Shown piece after piece: positions 9,214-18,901 of a stretch of 32,000 bases of DNA. Source of the stretch: Amoeboradix gromovi X-113 (taxonomy: Eukaryota > Fungi > Sanchytriomycota); the NCBI GenBank assembly GCA_018985225.1, contig JADGIF010000005.1, positions 16,304-48,303 on the forward strand, written 5' to 3'. Under the pieces are notes generated by a model. The model saw only the letters and a list, made by a program, of their open reading frames with translations, was not told the DNA's origin and searched no databases. Both the position numbers and the translations under genes were made by a program. Every line of letters begins with the position of its first letter. The stretch's first letter is position 1.

Positions 9214-9430
9214 GTTACAACAAGTGTTATTGAATAAACAAATTTATCGAGAACACGTGTCTTTTTTATATGTATACTCTTCTTTTCTAGATACTCCAAT
9301 GGTATAAAAAGAGGATCCTCGCTGTTCATCAATGGCAAGTAGCTCTAAACCTCGCAATCCTGAATACGTCAGATCTGAAGAAAAAACTAATAGATATAGT
9401 AAACACTCATCGATATTGAGAAATTGGTGT
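9214..9430 (+). mobile_element. family-A left end plus IS607 TnpA HTH stub, head-to-tail with the preceding right end
   Basis: 9225-9290 resembles the left ends at ~23000 and ~15310. 9354-9428 translates RNPEYVRSEEKTNRYSKHSSILRNW, versus RNPEYVKSKEISNSYSIHLSTLRNW at 23117. Confidence 0.65.
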
Positions 9431-9540
9431 GGGTAGAGATCATGAGCCACAGCGGTTTATCAGAAATCAGCGATTTCTATGGTGGGCATCTAAACTTTTG
9501 CACGTCGAATCAATTCTTAACTTTCTTAGATTGTTATTTA

Positions 9541-9729
9541 TTAGGTCGTATGACTGGGTTCTAAAGAAGATGAGGATAGTTTGTCGTTGCGTGTCACATT
9601 TGTTGACATTCTCTCTCTTTCTTCGTTCTGCTGACGATGGACCAGATAAACAGACGCACCTGCAAATAACACAGAAATGGCTAGCACTACTTGTGATTGT
9701 CTATTACTATTTGTCATCTCCTTTGACAC
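9541..9729 (-). CDS. PET117: Pet117-like cytochrome c oxidase assembly factor
   Basis: SQVVLAISVLFAGASVYLVHRQQNEERERM..NV.R.D fits the Pet117 pattern (S..vL..s......V..VH..Q..er..l..gV.rD). The start could be the second Met (9717). Confidence 0.65.
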   Translation of the reverse strand: MSKEMTNSNRQSQVVLAISVLFAGASVYLVHRQQNEERERMSTNVTRNDKLSSSSLEPSHTT

Positions 9730-9739
9730 ATTAAACGAA

Positions 9740-10015
9740 CTTTGAGAAATGGCAGATTCACTTCAAAGTGACCAAAGATAGGCTAGTGTAAGACTGCGAA
9801 AACTTAAACAAGCAATTTCAATGTAATTCGAAAGGCCTAACCTTAAGCAACTCTCCTTTTTTACACCGTTTTCTGCCACGTGAGTGTAGAAGATTTGTTT
9901 TTTATTGCTTGGTGATTTAGTATAATTAGCATATTGTGGTATGGAGAATTTCGAATCACCTGTCATGAATGCGAAGAGCCAAACATCATGTTTTTACTTG
10001 ATTAGAAATTTACAA
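9740..10015 (-). pseudogene. possible decayed IS607 TnpA serine recombinase
   Basis: - strand gives KFLIK*KHDV (compare family-C KFIR...KQYDV), KKQIFYTHV (YARVS-like), R.GLSNYIEIA...LTLAY and, frameshifted, FGHFEV, in TnpA order. Confidence 0.35.
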
Positions 10016-10552
10016 TGTGAAAGAACTATTGGAACGATAAAAGCTATGTAATAGCAATAAATGGTTTATTCAATTAGAATCAATGACTGTTCGTCAAGTT
10101 TGCTATCAAATGCTGTACAACAGTTGATATATCAAGACTGTCTCTTTGCATCATGCGGCAATTACGTTGACAACTGTAAATGCTTAGACTCTTGATGCAT
10201 ATTTACTTTTTGTGTCTTTACGATAATTGAACAAAACGTTGCTTAACGAATAGTAAGATGAGACTTATATCCGCATCAGACTCGGAGATCCATAACAATG
10301 TGATACAATAGAAAAGAGTCCACCTCTTTGGATTGGTGTCAATCGATGCATGTTATGTGTCTCTAAAGGCCACTGTTTTAATCGCAATTTTCTTTTTAGG
10401 ACCTTCCATAGGCACTGGAACAACTGTTTGAAGTTGCTCTATTTCATAAACACATCAATATTGATACCCAACTAGCAATTCTGATTTATTGAAAATAGAA
10501 CAACGTTCAGGAGACACAAGGCCAGCATGTCATTCTCTATCTCGAATGCTGC

Positions 10553-13500
10553 TCAATCCAAAAGTAAATCCTGAAATACGCCCTCGACTGTTTGATTTGG
10601 TTGAAAGTAAGCATTTTTTAACAAATCTATGCATTCTGGGTATCTTTGCATAATACACAAAAGCCTCTGTGGCTCTAGATTACAAAAACCTTGTTTAGCT
10701 AATCCATAGGTATTTAATCCATCCCGTTCATACTTTGCTACACAGCGCACGATCCACTCAAATGGCTTCTCATGGTAAAGCAGCAAATCTATCAATTCAC
10801 TTCTCTTCAAAAGTTTTACAAATCCAAGCATAAGCTTCACTGGAATATCTCTTTGTAAAATATTACTGCATTGTACCTGCAAATCAGTATCTTTATTCAT
10901 CAACACACTTATGTATTCACCATTTAAGTTTGTAACATTGCAGGTCTTGAAAAAAGGCTCCAATCCATACAGATCTATATCTAGCAGCCTATCAATATCG
11001 CAGCAACTTAACTTATCAAAGAGGTACTGTCCAATGTATTTAAGAGTCTCACTGTTTAAGAACTTTAAGTGATTTTTAGCTGTCAATGCAAACTTAATCC
11101 AGTCTATTTTTGTTGAACGAGTATCCAATGCATATATGTCTAATCCGTTCAGAGGTTTAAACAGTATTTTCTTACCGCGCCGAGTCATTTTAGAATAAAA
11201 CTCATAATCCATCAATCCAAACAAATTCAACAACAAGTCGTAATCCAAATACTCGGTAAAATGGTTTAAATACAAGCTGCTCAGTTCCTGGTTAAATGGT
11301 GCCTGATTTCGTAGAAACTCTAAATTCACGTTTCTTGTTATCTTCATATTCGGTATTGTTAAAGACGTAGTAAGCGCCGGAATCAATTGATGCTGAACCA
11401 CAAATGACAACAAACTACCTGGAAGTGGTTCGTAGTATTCATCGGTCTTGTACAAATCCAAAGGTTCATCAAGTAAGACAATGTACTTCACGACTGTCTT
11501 TAATACCGCCAGCGAGGATGCATTGCATGTATCCAACATCTCAACATTACGCCTTTCAATACCGATACTCCACAACAGTTGACGTTGATCTGTCACAGAT
11601 GGTGCAGTATTTTCCATGTTTTTGGTGTTTATTTCCATATCATTTGGGAAGTCTACCAGCAATTGCAACACCTGACTAGCTAAATGCATAATCAGTGGAG
11701 TGTTTTTTATTCCTGCATAAAATATCTTGTAGTATGTTAAACCTGGTAATACAGGAAGCTTTGGTATAATATCAATTAAAGTATTTAAAAAATCATAATT
11801 TAACAGTATATTAAGATAGGGGTTATGGGTAATGCCTTCTAGTACACCTAAAATGGCTACCCCACAACTGGTTTTGGTATTCAGCGATGTAATATTATCA
11901 CAACATTGTTTTAATAAAATTAAGATAGTTTCAACTTGATCAGGGGTAGTAGAGCGACAATAATAGCCAAATGATATCAATTCTAAGCTCCATTTTACTA
12001 TATCAGAGACACTGAACCTGTAGAACTTGCTAAACTGACTAGTGGTGCATGGATATTGAGATAGTAAAATGAATGATTGTAAATAACCATCCCAATGAAT
12101 TTCCAATGGCAGAGGCTTTATCGCTTGGATTTCATATCTAGTTTGATGCTGTTGGTAGTCCTTTCGAGGGAGTTCTTGTATTTCTAATTCTACAAAGAAT
12201 CCCAAAAAATGAAGTAAATCGTCATGGTTTAAATCTGACGAATTTTTTAAAGTAAAACAAGTCAATTGAGGCTCGATGGATGTCATATATGATATCACTA
12301 GATCAGAATCTTTTCTAATATATTCTAGCACCATCTTAGATGGTAGTTTGCTGACACACTTCAGCGCTTTTAACCCCACTGATTTATCATAATAATGGTT
12401 AGCAATTTCCAGTTCAGTATTACTCACTATTCTTTTTAGCTTCCCAAGTGGTGGTATTAACGAAAATGCAATTTGGCGGATCAATTCATGAAATGACTCA
12501 ATTTCGGTCATTCTAGCAGTTACTTCTAAGCAGTTCGTAGTTACAAATGGCGCGTTATATGACTTGTATAATAGTGGAAGGATAAACTGCGTAAAAATGT
12601 CGCGTTGAATAGCTACTGTGAGTGTGTACCAAAGGTCGTAAATCATTGAAAATATAGTATCACAGCACTCAGCCGATATAGAAGGCCATTCTAAAACTGG
12701 CAGCAATAATGAGCAACACTCTAATGGCTTACGATTCATTAAGATCGGTAGTAATTTGTAATTCACTTTTAAATCAATATGGCGCAACAAATGTGATTCC
12801 AAGAGGGTAATATATGATATGCGTTTGATTTTGCTGTTGTAATCGTTTAACAAGTATTGATAGGCTATTATCAGTTCGTCATAGTTGTACAAACGTAAAA
12901 GTTGCTGCATTATGTGCTCATCCTCATCATCTCTCTCGCCATCAAAGTACCCACGAGATAAGCAGTGGATTCTATTGTTGAATGGATCAGATTCCAAAAT
13001 GCCAAAGATGTGGCGGCGGCAATCTAAATTTAAATACAACTTATTATTCAGCAGCAGCTGGTATTGCTTGTTATTGTTGAACATGTTTGTAAAATGCCAT
13101 GTAAATACATAGGATTGCAGCTCAACAGGTAAATCGTAAATGTATGAAATATCATACTCTGACTGAAGTAATTTAGACACTGCATTTAGACAATGGAACT
13201 CATTTGCATCCAGTGGTATATCAAATGGAGATAGCGTGAGCTTCTTATTTAATACCGACAATAATTTAGAGTCACTTAACTGAGCATAGAACAGTAAAAT
13301 ATGACTGGCAACTGAGTTACTGTATAGTCTTACACAACTTAATATATGACAACATGGCAATTCTTTAGCAATGCTTCTTAGCATAACTTCCTGCTGTATA
13401 TTACTTGACATTAGTTCTATCAACTGCCATGGGTAGTATCCATCATTATTATCTACAAAATTTGAGCTAAATAGCATCAAGAATTCCGTACATGGATGAT

Positions 13501-13609
13501 TGTTTAATATCCTATAATCTGTTTTTTGACACTGCTTTACGGTGTATTCAATGTCTATATCAACCAAGGCGTATCTAATATCGCTAGGTATCTCATCAAT
13601 GTCGAGCAT
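10553..13609 (-). CDS. large Leu-rich, probably alpha-helical (HEAT/ARM-like) protein of unknown function
   Basis: Uninterrupted ~1018-codon ORF from ATG 13609. No family motif recognised. Confidence 0.75.
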   Translation of the reverse strand: MLDIDEIPSDIRYALVDIDIEYTVKQCQKTDYRILNNHPCTEFLMLFSSNFVDNNDGYYPWQLIELMSSNIQQEVMLRSIAKELPCCHILSCVRLYSNSVASHILLFYAQLSDSKLLSVLNKKLTLSPFDIPLDANEFHCLNAVSKLLQSEYDISYIYDLPVELQSYVFTWHFTNMFNNNKQYQLLLNNKLYLNLDCRRHIFGILESDPFNNRIHCLSRGYFDGERDDEDEHIMQQLLRLYNYDELIIAYQYLLNDYNSKIKRISYITLLESHLLRHIDLKVNYKLLPILMNRKPLECCSLLLPVLEWPSISAECCDTIFSMIYDLWYTLTVAIQRDIFTQFILPLLYKSYNAPFVTTNCLEVTARMTEIESFHELIRQIAFSLIPPLGKLKRIVSNTELEIANHYYDKSVGLKALKCVSKLPSKMVLEYIRKDSDLVISYMTSIEPQLTCFTLKNSSDLNHDDLLHFLGFFVELEIQELPRKDYQQHQTRYEIQAIKPLPLEIHWDGYLQSFILLSQYPCTTSQFSKFYRFSVSDIVKWSLELISFGYYCRSTTPDQVETILILLKQCCDNITSLNTKTSCGVAILGVLEGITHNPYLNILLNYDFLNTLIDIIPKLPVLPGLTYYKIFYAGIKNTPLIMHLASQVLQLLVDFPNDMEINTKNMENTAPSVTDQRQLLWSIGIERRNVEMLDTCNASSLAVLKTVVKYIVLLDEPLDLYKTDEYYEPLPGSLLSFVVQHQLIPALTTSLTIPNMKITRNVNLEFLRNQAPFNQELSSLYLNHFTEYLDYDLLLNLFGLMDYEFYSKMTRRGKKILFKPLNGLDIYALDTRSTKIDWIKFALTAKNHLKFLNSETLKYIGQYLFDKLSCCDIDRLLDIDLYGLEPFFKTCNVTNLNGEYISVLMNKDTDLQVQCSNILQRDIPVKLMLGFVKLLKRSELIDLLLYHEKPFEWIVRCVAKYERDGLNTYGLAKQGFCNLEPQRLLCIMQRYPECIDLLKNAYFQPNQTVEGVFQDLLLD

Positions 13610-13662
13610 GGTTTCGATGGGATAAAAAATGAAAAACAAAACATAAAAAATAAAATTTTGAT

Positions 13663-14547
13663 TTACTCTTCGATATTAGAGGAAGCGATATTACTGTAAT
13701 ACAATGATTTAGTTACATCGTCATTTGAAAATAAACTGCTCTCAACACTATCATCCAATTCCACATTACCTTTTCTGATATTTACAAAAGATTTAGACTC
13801 CAACACATTTAGCAAGTCGATAAACTCACTGTAACTAGCCAAAGGCACTGAGTGCTTGTTTTTATAAAGGGGTTTACATTTTTGGTAGAGCTGCTGGAAA
13901 GAAACTTTTTTGATCCTTTTTTGTTTATTGATATCAAAAACAAAAGTTAGATAAAGCAAACACAGTAGATGTTTAGCATGAATTGGCATTGCATGGAACC
14001 TAGTTATTTGCGAACTTTTAGTTACTTCAATCACATCTTTTATGGTTGGATTTTCTGGCAAACATTTTATCCACGATTGAAGACGCCTTACATCTCCATC
14101 TATATTTGAACACTTTCTGCCTAGAAAATCCAAAATTTTAGAATCGGCTTGAATATCCATGTTACTAACTATGTTTCCTGCTATTTCGGTTAACTCGCTT
14201 GCATTATATGGTGGAAATGAGACAAGTTGTAAATCATTTATGAGTTCGTCTGGAATAAACCCAATATCCAGTGTGTTTGCGATTCCTATCACTTTAAATC
14301 CATTTTTAACGTGATCAAATACTAATTCCCAATTCTGCTTGCTCATATTATCAATTTCATCCAAAACATTAATTTTTTCGTTCAGTACAATATTATCACA
14401 CATACAATTTATATAATTTAAATTCTTCAGTCTTTTTACAGTAAAAGTCTTACCGCATCCTGGTATTCCAGATATATACATAAATTTTGATTCACTTCTT
14501 ACGAAATCAAGTATTTCTTGGTATTCAAGATCCCTAATTTGGGACAT
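13663..14547 (-). CDS. CDC6: Cdc6/Orc1-family AAA+ ATPase, minimal form (294 aa)
   Basis: YISGIPGCGKT (Walker A), VLDEID (Walker B), IGIANTLD, FPPYN and GDVRR, followed by a winged-helix-like tail. Confidence 0.85.
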   Translation of the reverse strand: MSQIRDLEYQEILDFVRSESKFMYISGIPGCGKTFTVKRLKNLNYINCMCDNIVLNEKINVLDEIDNMSKQNWELVFDHVKNGFKVIGIANTLDIGFIPDELINDLQLVSFPPYNASELTEIAGNIVSNMDIQADSKILDFLGRKCSNIDGDVRRLQSWIKCLPENPTIKDVIEVTKSSQITRFHAMPIHAKHLLCLLYLTFVFDINKQKRIKKVSFQQLYQKCKPLYKNKHSVPLASYSEFIDLLNVLESKSFVNIRKGNVELDDSVESSLFSNDDVTKSLYYSNIASSNIEE

Positions 14548-14762
14548 GCTCTTCAATAATCAATAAACTTTCCAAAACAGAAGTTTCAAAAATTATGGCA
14601 GCACTCGATTTCAATTGCACAAACCAACTATAGTGATTAAACGAGGCATGCCTATTCAATATGCTCTTTATAAACTTAACTAGCTTTATGAAACAATATA
14701 CTAGAAACCGGTCTAAAAATGAACTGGAAGTGCAAATAACAGGGAAAGACATTGGTAGCCTA

Positions 14763-14886
14763 CTCGTTAAAAGTCCTGATTTCCGAGAAAATCGAGAATT
14801 TCCACAGAGCAGCTAATGGTAGATCTCCGTTACAGTGACTGCTCACGCTTTCACTACCCTGAGGCGGGATTGAATAAGGATACATA
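14763..14886 (-). ncRNA. family-A putative omegaRNA scaffold
   Basis: Copy of the conserved structured end: TAGTGA-aa-GC GTGA GC-ag-TCACTG, ACGGAG/CTCTGT, terminal GACTTTTAACGAG. Confidence 0.65.
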
Positions 14887-15328
14887 TACTTGATGTATAT
14901 GTTCCTTGCTGCCATATGATCTCTGTCTATCTTCAAATGACACTTTGTACAAGTGTAGGTTTCTAAATTAGTTTTCTTTAGAGTAGCACACCTCGTACAT
15001 GCCATTGAATTTGTTCCTTGGTGCCATGTGGTCCATTTCGACTTCCAAATGACACTATATACATGAATAGCTCTCCAAATTGGTTTTCTTAAGGGTGCCA
15101 CATATTGTACATGGTATCGAATTTCCATGCTTGGACCAGCTTATCAGTCTGAGACGAATGTATGCTGTACCTGCTAGTTATTTCTTTAGAATCGATTTAC
15201 CATTTGCGAAAAGAATATCGAGTGTTTAGGCTATTAGAAAAATCTGGAAAAGTCTTGAAATTATACAAAAATGCATACAGATTCGCGATAAATGATATAT
15301 TCAAGAAAACAATCGAGGTCTTTACACC
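14763..15328 (-). mobile_element. family-A non-autonomous IS607/Fanzor2 element (TnpA HTH stub, duplicated Fanzor2 zinc finger/RuvC-III, structured right end)
   Basis: Homologous to 22985-23566 at both ends. SKEITSRYSIHSS..L..WSKHG, then CTICGTLKKTNLESYSCI*CHLEVEMDHMAPRN and CTRCATLKKTNLETYTCTKCHLKIDRDHMAARNI. Confidence 0.85.
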
Positions 15329-15584
15329 AAATTGTGTCCTCAACTAGCCCTTGTAAGTGCAATAAATTCGTAAAATTTATAACGACTACTTTCTAGTGAA
15401 TTTTTAGATGTTTGATAAACCAAAGTCTCTTTAACTACCCACAAAGCGCATCGAATATGTGTATTAAAAGAAATCTGTTAATTAGAAATTTGTGTTCCTA
15501 AAGTAGCAGCGTTATTAACGCTTAGCTAAACTCGATTAACTTCAAAATGTGCAAGATGACTAGTGCTAAATTCTGATCATAAAT

Positions 15585-17948
15585 TTATTGTCTTCGTAAA
15601 ATTTCATCATAAATTGAGCAGTACACCCTTTTGTTATGTTTGTATAAATAAAATAGCTTTTTACACACATTTTGCAAATCAACGTCGACCGACTGCAACC
15701 CAAAATTTTTTAAACTAGACTTGATTTTCCCATCTTTCAGCGCTTCTTTGTAAATTGTTTTAACTCTCCTATTTATAATGGAGTAAATTGGTGTGTCTGC
15801 TGTAATTGCAGAGTCGCAAAGCTTTTCAATTACGTGGTTATCCATATCTACATTTAGCTCCGATAGAATAGTCATTGCGTGCGTTTTGAAGCCACCATCA
15901 ACTGATCCTATTAGCCTGGAAATTTCTTCTACTTTAGGTCTATCATCAAAAGTCATATGCGCCTTCAATAAATTGAAAAATAGGCATTTCTTTACCAACT
16001 GAGCAGTAGTGTTACGTATTTCAAAGATAACATCGGCATCTATTGAAAATGTCTCCGGAAGGTTTCTTTCGTTGTATTCATCAAAGAATAACCCGTTAAA
16101 CGCATTATCAAAAATGTCCCCAAAACTTGAATCTACTTGTTTGTAGCTCTGCAACCATGCTACAGCCATATCTAGTGTTTCGTTATTCTGAGCAAACAAG
16201 TCTCTTTCATAAGATATCACGTGATCTTTTAGTGTGCCTCGCAGTGCTTGTGCATGAAAGTTAGCCAAATCCAATTTCAGTTCATCCAAAACACTTGATA
16301 TCATTTCTAATTTTTCCAGCTCATTATTTACCGATCCAATTGCACTAATCTGTGCATCTCTGCTAGGTGCGCAGAATTCACCCATGATAGAAACTACAAA
16401 TGTGTTTAATGGCCCTAATCGGTTCGCTACAAATGCTTTCGGGTCCGGCGTGTTTTGCAATATTTCAATATCCATCACTTCGTCAATCAGTGCTCTATAA
16501 TGGCCAGAGTGAGGCACAATTTGCATTAAATTAGTCTTCAGTACAGACAATACATTTATCAATCCGCTGCAGTCTGATAATGACTTGTAATTGTTAATAA
16601 ATGAACGGAGTTGCAGTTGCGTATAAGTTTCTTTGTTAGCCTTGAATTTAAAATCGGGATCTACCATAATTTTATGAGCCAAATTAAAGTTGATGCTATT
16701 TCCCTTCATGATGTACTGTTTGTCAGTATCAATTGGCACTTTTGGGATAGCATGGACTAGAACTGGTGACTCAGGTGTCTTTAATGGTCGCGAATGAATG
16801 GTTGGAGCGGGTGGGGTGGTGGGTTCTTTTGGGACCTTAACAAGACATTCTTTTTTCATTTCAAGATGCAATCGCCTTAATCCTTGTTTTCCAGCAAACG
16901 CTTTTAACTTCAACAAAATATGATTCTGTTGCTGAACCAACTTAGGTCTCCATTCTAACTCACAGTTTGGCTCACCCTGAACTGAATTCCACATTCTGCT
17001 TAGTTCTACAAAGTGTGAAATCATAAGCTCAATCATTTCTTTCTTGTCTTGTACTTTCCATGACTCAAAGTCTGATTTGTACTGATTCCACACATGCTTA
17101 AATGCATTGGAGTAAAGCTGAAAGCATTTGGGGTTAGTGCAACTCACTAAACCTTCGAATACATCAAACAGTACTCTGGCCTTATTTTGCAATTTTAACT
17201 CCTTGCATTCTACAGAAACGAAGGCTTTTTCAGGATGATGCTTGACTATTAAAGCAGATAAAAAGATTCGTTCAAAATTATGATCCTTCTGCATTTTCAA
17301 TGCTTTGCTGAACTTGCTGCACAATTGTAAAATACCAGGATCGTTAATTTTAAAGGTCAAATCTTCAAATGACGCAGTATCGATTCCTTGGAGTGTGGCA
17401 GATATATCTGTTAATATGGCCTTGGAAGAAAAATAAAACCAGAACCATTGAATATTTGAAGCCATTTTCATTGGGTGTTTAATAGTGGTAGTATTGTTAC
17501 ACTTTCCTTTTAATTGAGATCTTCTCCAGTATGTGATCATGTCTTTCGTAACAATAGATTGCTCTAACTCTTTAATTTTTTCGCTATTTTCTAAAAGTGT
17601 TTTCTCTACAGTTTGTTTTGCCTTTTTGTTGTCTTTTTCTACCTTGGACACAATTTTCTGCAGTAAAAGGGACTTGGATTTGCTCGCCTTCGACATGTTC
17701 CGTGATAAATCTGATACTAGCTGTTTAACATACTCGTCATGCTCTAGTTGTTTACACCTAACTCGCTTGCTGAATTCCTCAAAGCGGTTACGAATCGCTT
17801 CTGTGCGTTCATGTATGATAACAATTCTTCTGGCTGTTACTTCTGCCAGCACATCAGCATTCCCGGATGGTTTATTTTCGAATCTAATGCTGAGGTGCTT
17901 TGGTTTACGAGAGGGTTGACGAAGTTCTGGCGTAGAAATAAAAAACAT
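15585..17948 (-). CDS. T-complex protein 11 (Tcp11/Sok1) family protein
   Basis: FLSA.I...HP, F..WK..DK, LAH.I..DP.F.F, CAP.RD, LKLDLANFH, YER..F and LPETF..D motifs. Confidence 0.85.
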   Translation of the reverse strand: MFFISTPELRQPSRKPKHLSIRFENKPSGNADVLAEVTARRIVIIHERTEAIRNRFEEFSKRVRCKQLEHDEYVKQLVSDLSRNMSKASKSKSLLLQKIVSKVEKDNKKAKQTVEKTLLENSEKIKELEQSIVTKDMITYWRRSQLKGKCNNTTTIKHPMKMASNIQWFWFYFSSKAILTDISATLQGIDTASFEDLTFKINDPGILQLCSKFSKALKMQKDHNFERIFLSALIVKHHPEKAFVSVECKELKLQNKARVLFDVFEGLVSCTNPKCFQLYSNAFKHVWNQYKSDFESWKVQDKKEMIELMISHFVELSRMWNSVQGEPNCELEWRPKLVQQQNHILLKLKAFAGKQGLRRLHLEMKKECLVKVPKEPTTPPAPTIHSRPLKTPESPVLVHAIPKVPIDTDKQYIMKGNSINFNLAHKIMVDPDFKFKANKETYTQLQLRSFINNYKSLSDCSGLINVLSVLKTNLMQIVPHSGHYRALIDEVMDIEILQNTPDPKAFVANRLGPLNTFVVSIMGEFCAPSRDAQISAIGSVNNELEKLEMISSVLDELKLDLANFHAQALRGTLKDHVISYERDLFAQNNETLDMAVAWLQSYKQVDSSFGDIFDNAFNGLFFDEYNERNLPETFSIDADVIFEIRNTTAQLVKKCLFFNLLKAHMTFDDRPKVEEISRLIGSVDGGFKTHAMTILSELNVDMDNHVIEKLCDSAITADTPIYSIINRRVKTIYKEALKDGKIKSSLKNFGLQSVDVDLQNVCKKLFYLYKHNKRVYCSIYDEILRRQ

Positions 17949-18139
17949 TTTAGTCGTCGTGACGGTGGTTGCCTTGATAAATCAATTTGTTGCTATTTTT
18001 AGTAACAGACGCGATTGGTGTAAATTAAAGCAAATTCAAACAAGTCTTGAAATTCTATAATTTCTACTGTACTTATAATCAAATTCTTTCGCAGGTCAGA
18101 TCTCCAAGACAAAAAAAAGCTCAAGTATTTTAAACAATT

Positions 18140-18566
18140 GGGACATCAAATATAAAACTGAACTAACTTTCAGTAACAACTTGGAACATTATTTAAGAGG
18201 CGAGTGGACATTCAGCTAGTTGCGGAGTTGACGAGTATAAAAGGAAAATAAATATTCTGTACAGCTATTCTCTTACACAATCTTTATTTGAAATAAAATA
18301 TCACTACTACACTTCAAAGAAATAGATAAGAGTGATGATGTTAGTATAACATTACAAAATGACTCTAAAAAAGAGTACCGTCTAAGAAAATGCACCTTTT
18401 GCTTAGATGCTCAAAGACCTCATGTATTTGAACGAGATGCAGGGTCTTCTAGTTATATTTTGAAAAGAGGAATACAATCAATGGAAGAAATTGGTATAAT
18501 AGAAGATCTTTTATTAATGATAGCATTTCCTTAGTGAGTTAGTCTAGTTTTTATATTTGGTGTCCC
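18140..18566 (+). mobile_element. family-B MITE copy 2 (427 bp) with Fanzor1-like fragment
   Basis: TIRs GGGACATCAAATATAAAACTGAACTAACT...AGTTAGTCTAGTTTTTATATTTGGTGTCCC. Flanks AATT/AATG (3 of 4 match). The frame from 18361 reads DSKKEYRLRKCTFCLDAQRPHVFERDAGSSSYILKRG. Confidence 0.88.
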
Positions 18567-18570
18567 AATG

Positions 18571-18873
18571 GGTCTCAAGGTAAAAATAACAAAATTTATT
18601 TAATATTAATTATTAAGTTAGTAATGTGCTTTAGCTGTCATGGGAATGATGACAGGTATAAGAGAATTCGATCTACTGAATTTCTTTGCTTACGCCAGAG
18701 CACTCACTGTAATGTATTCATCGATGGAGATTGGAACGCATATCGTGACAACCTTCAAGTTCTAGAATGCGCATCTAGCAAAAGTGAAAGCCCGGTAGGC
18801 AGAGAAGGGACCACAGCGAAAGAATCTCATTAAATCTCTGGGTCATGAAATATGGGATTCTTCTGTATAGCGG
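18571..18873 (+). mobile_element. family-D TnpB/Fanzor remnant with structured 3' end
   Basis: ORF 18624-18833 CFSCHG...R..EFLC......C..FIDGDWNAYR matches a zinc ribbon plus RuvC-III (DRDxNAA-like). Hairpin AAGAATCTCAT (18820-18830)/ATGGGATTCTT (18852-18862). The 5' end GGTCTCAAGGTAAA resembles the family-C left end. The right boundary is inferred. Confidence 0.65.
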
Positions 18874-18901
18874 TTACTTTATTATTAAACTGGTGTCTAA
18901 T

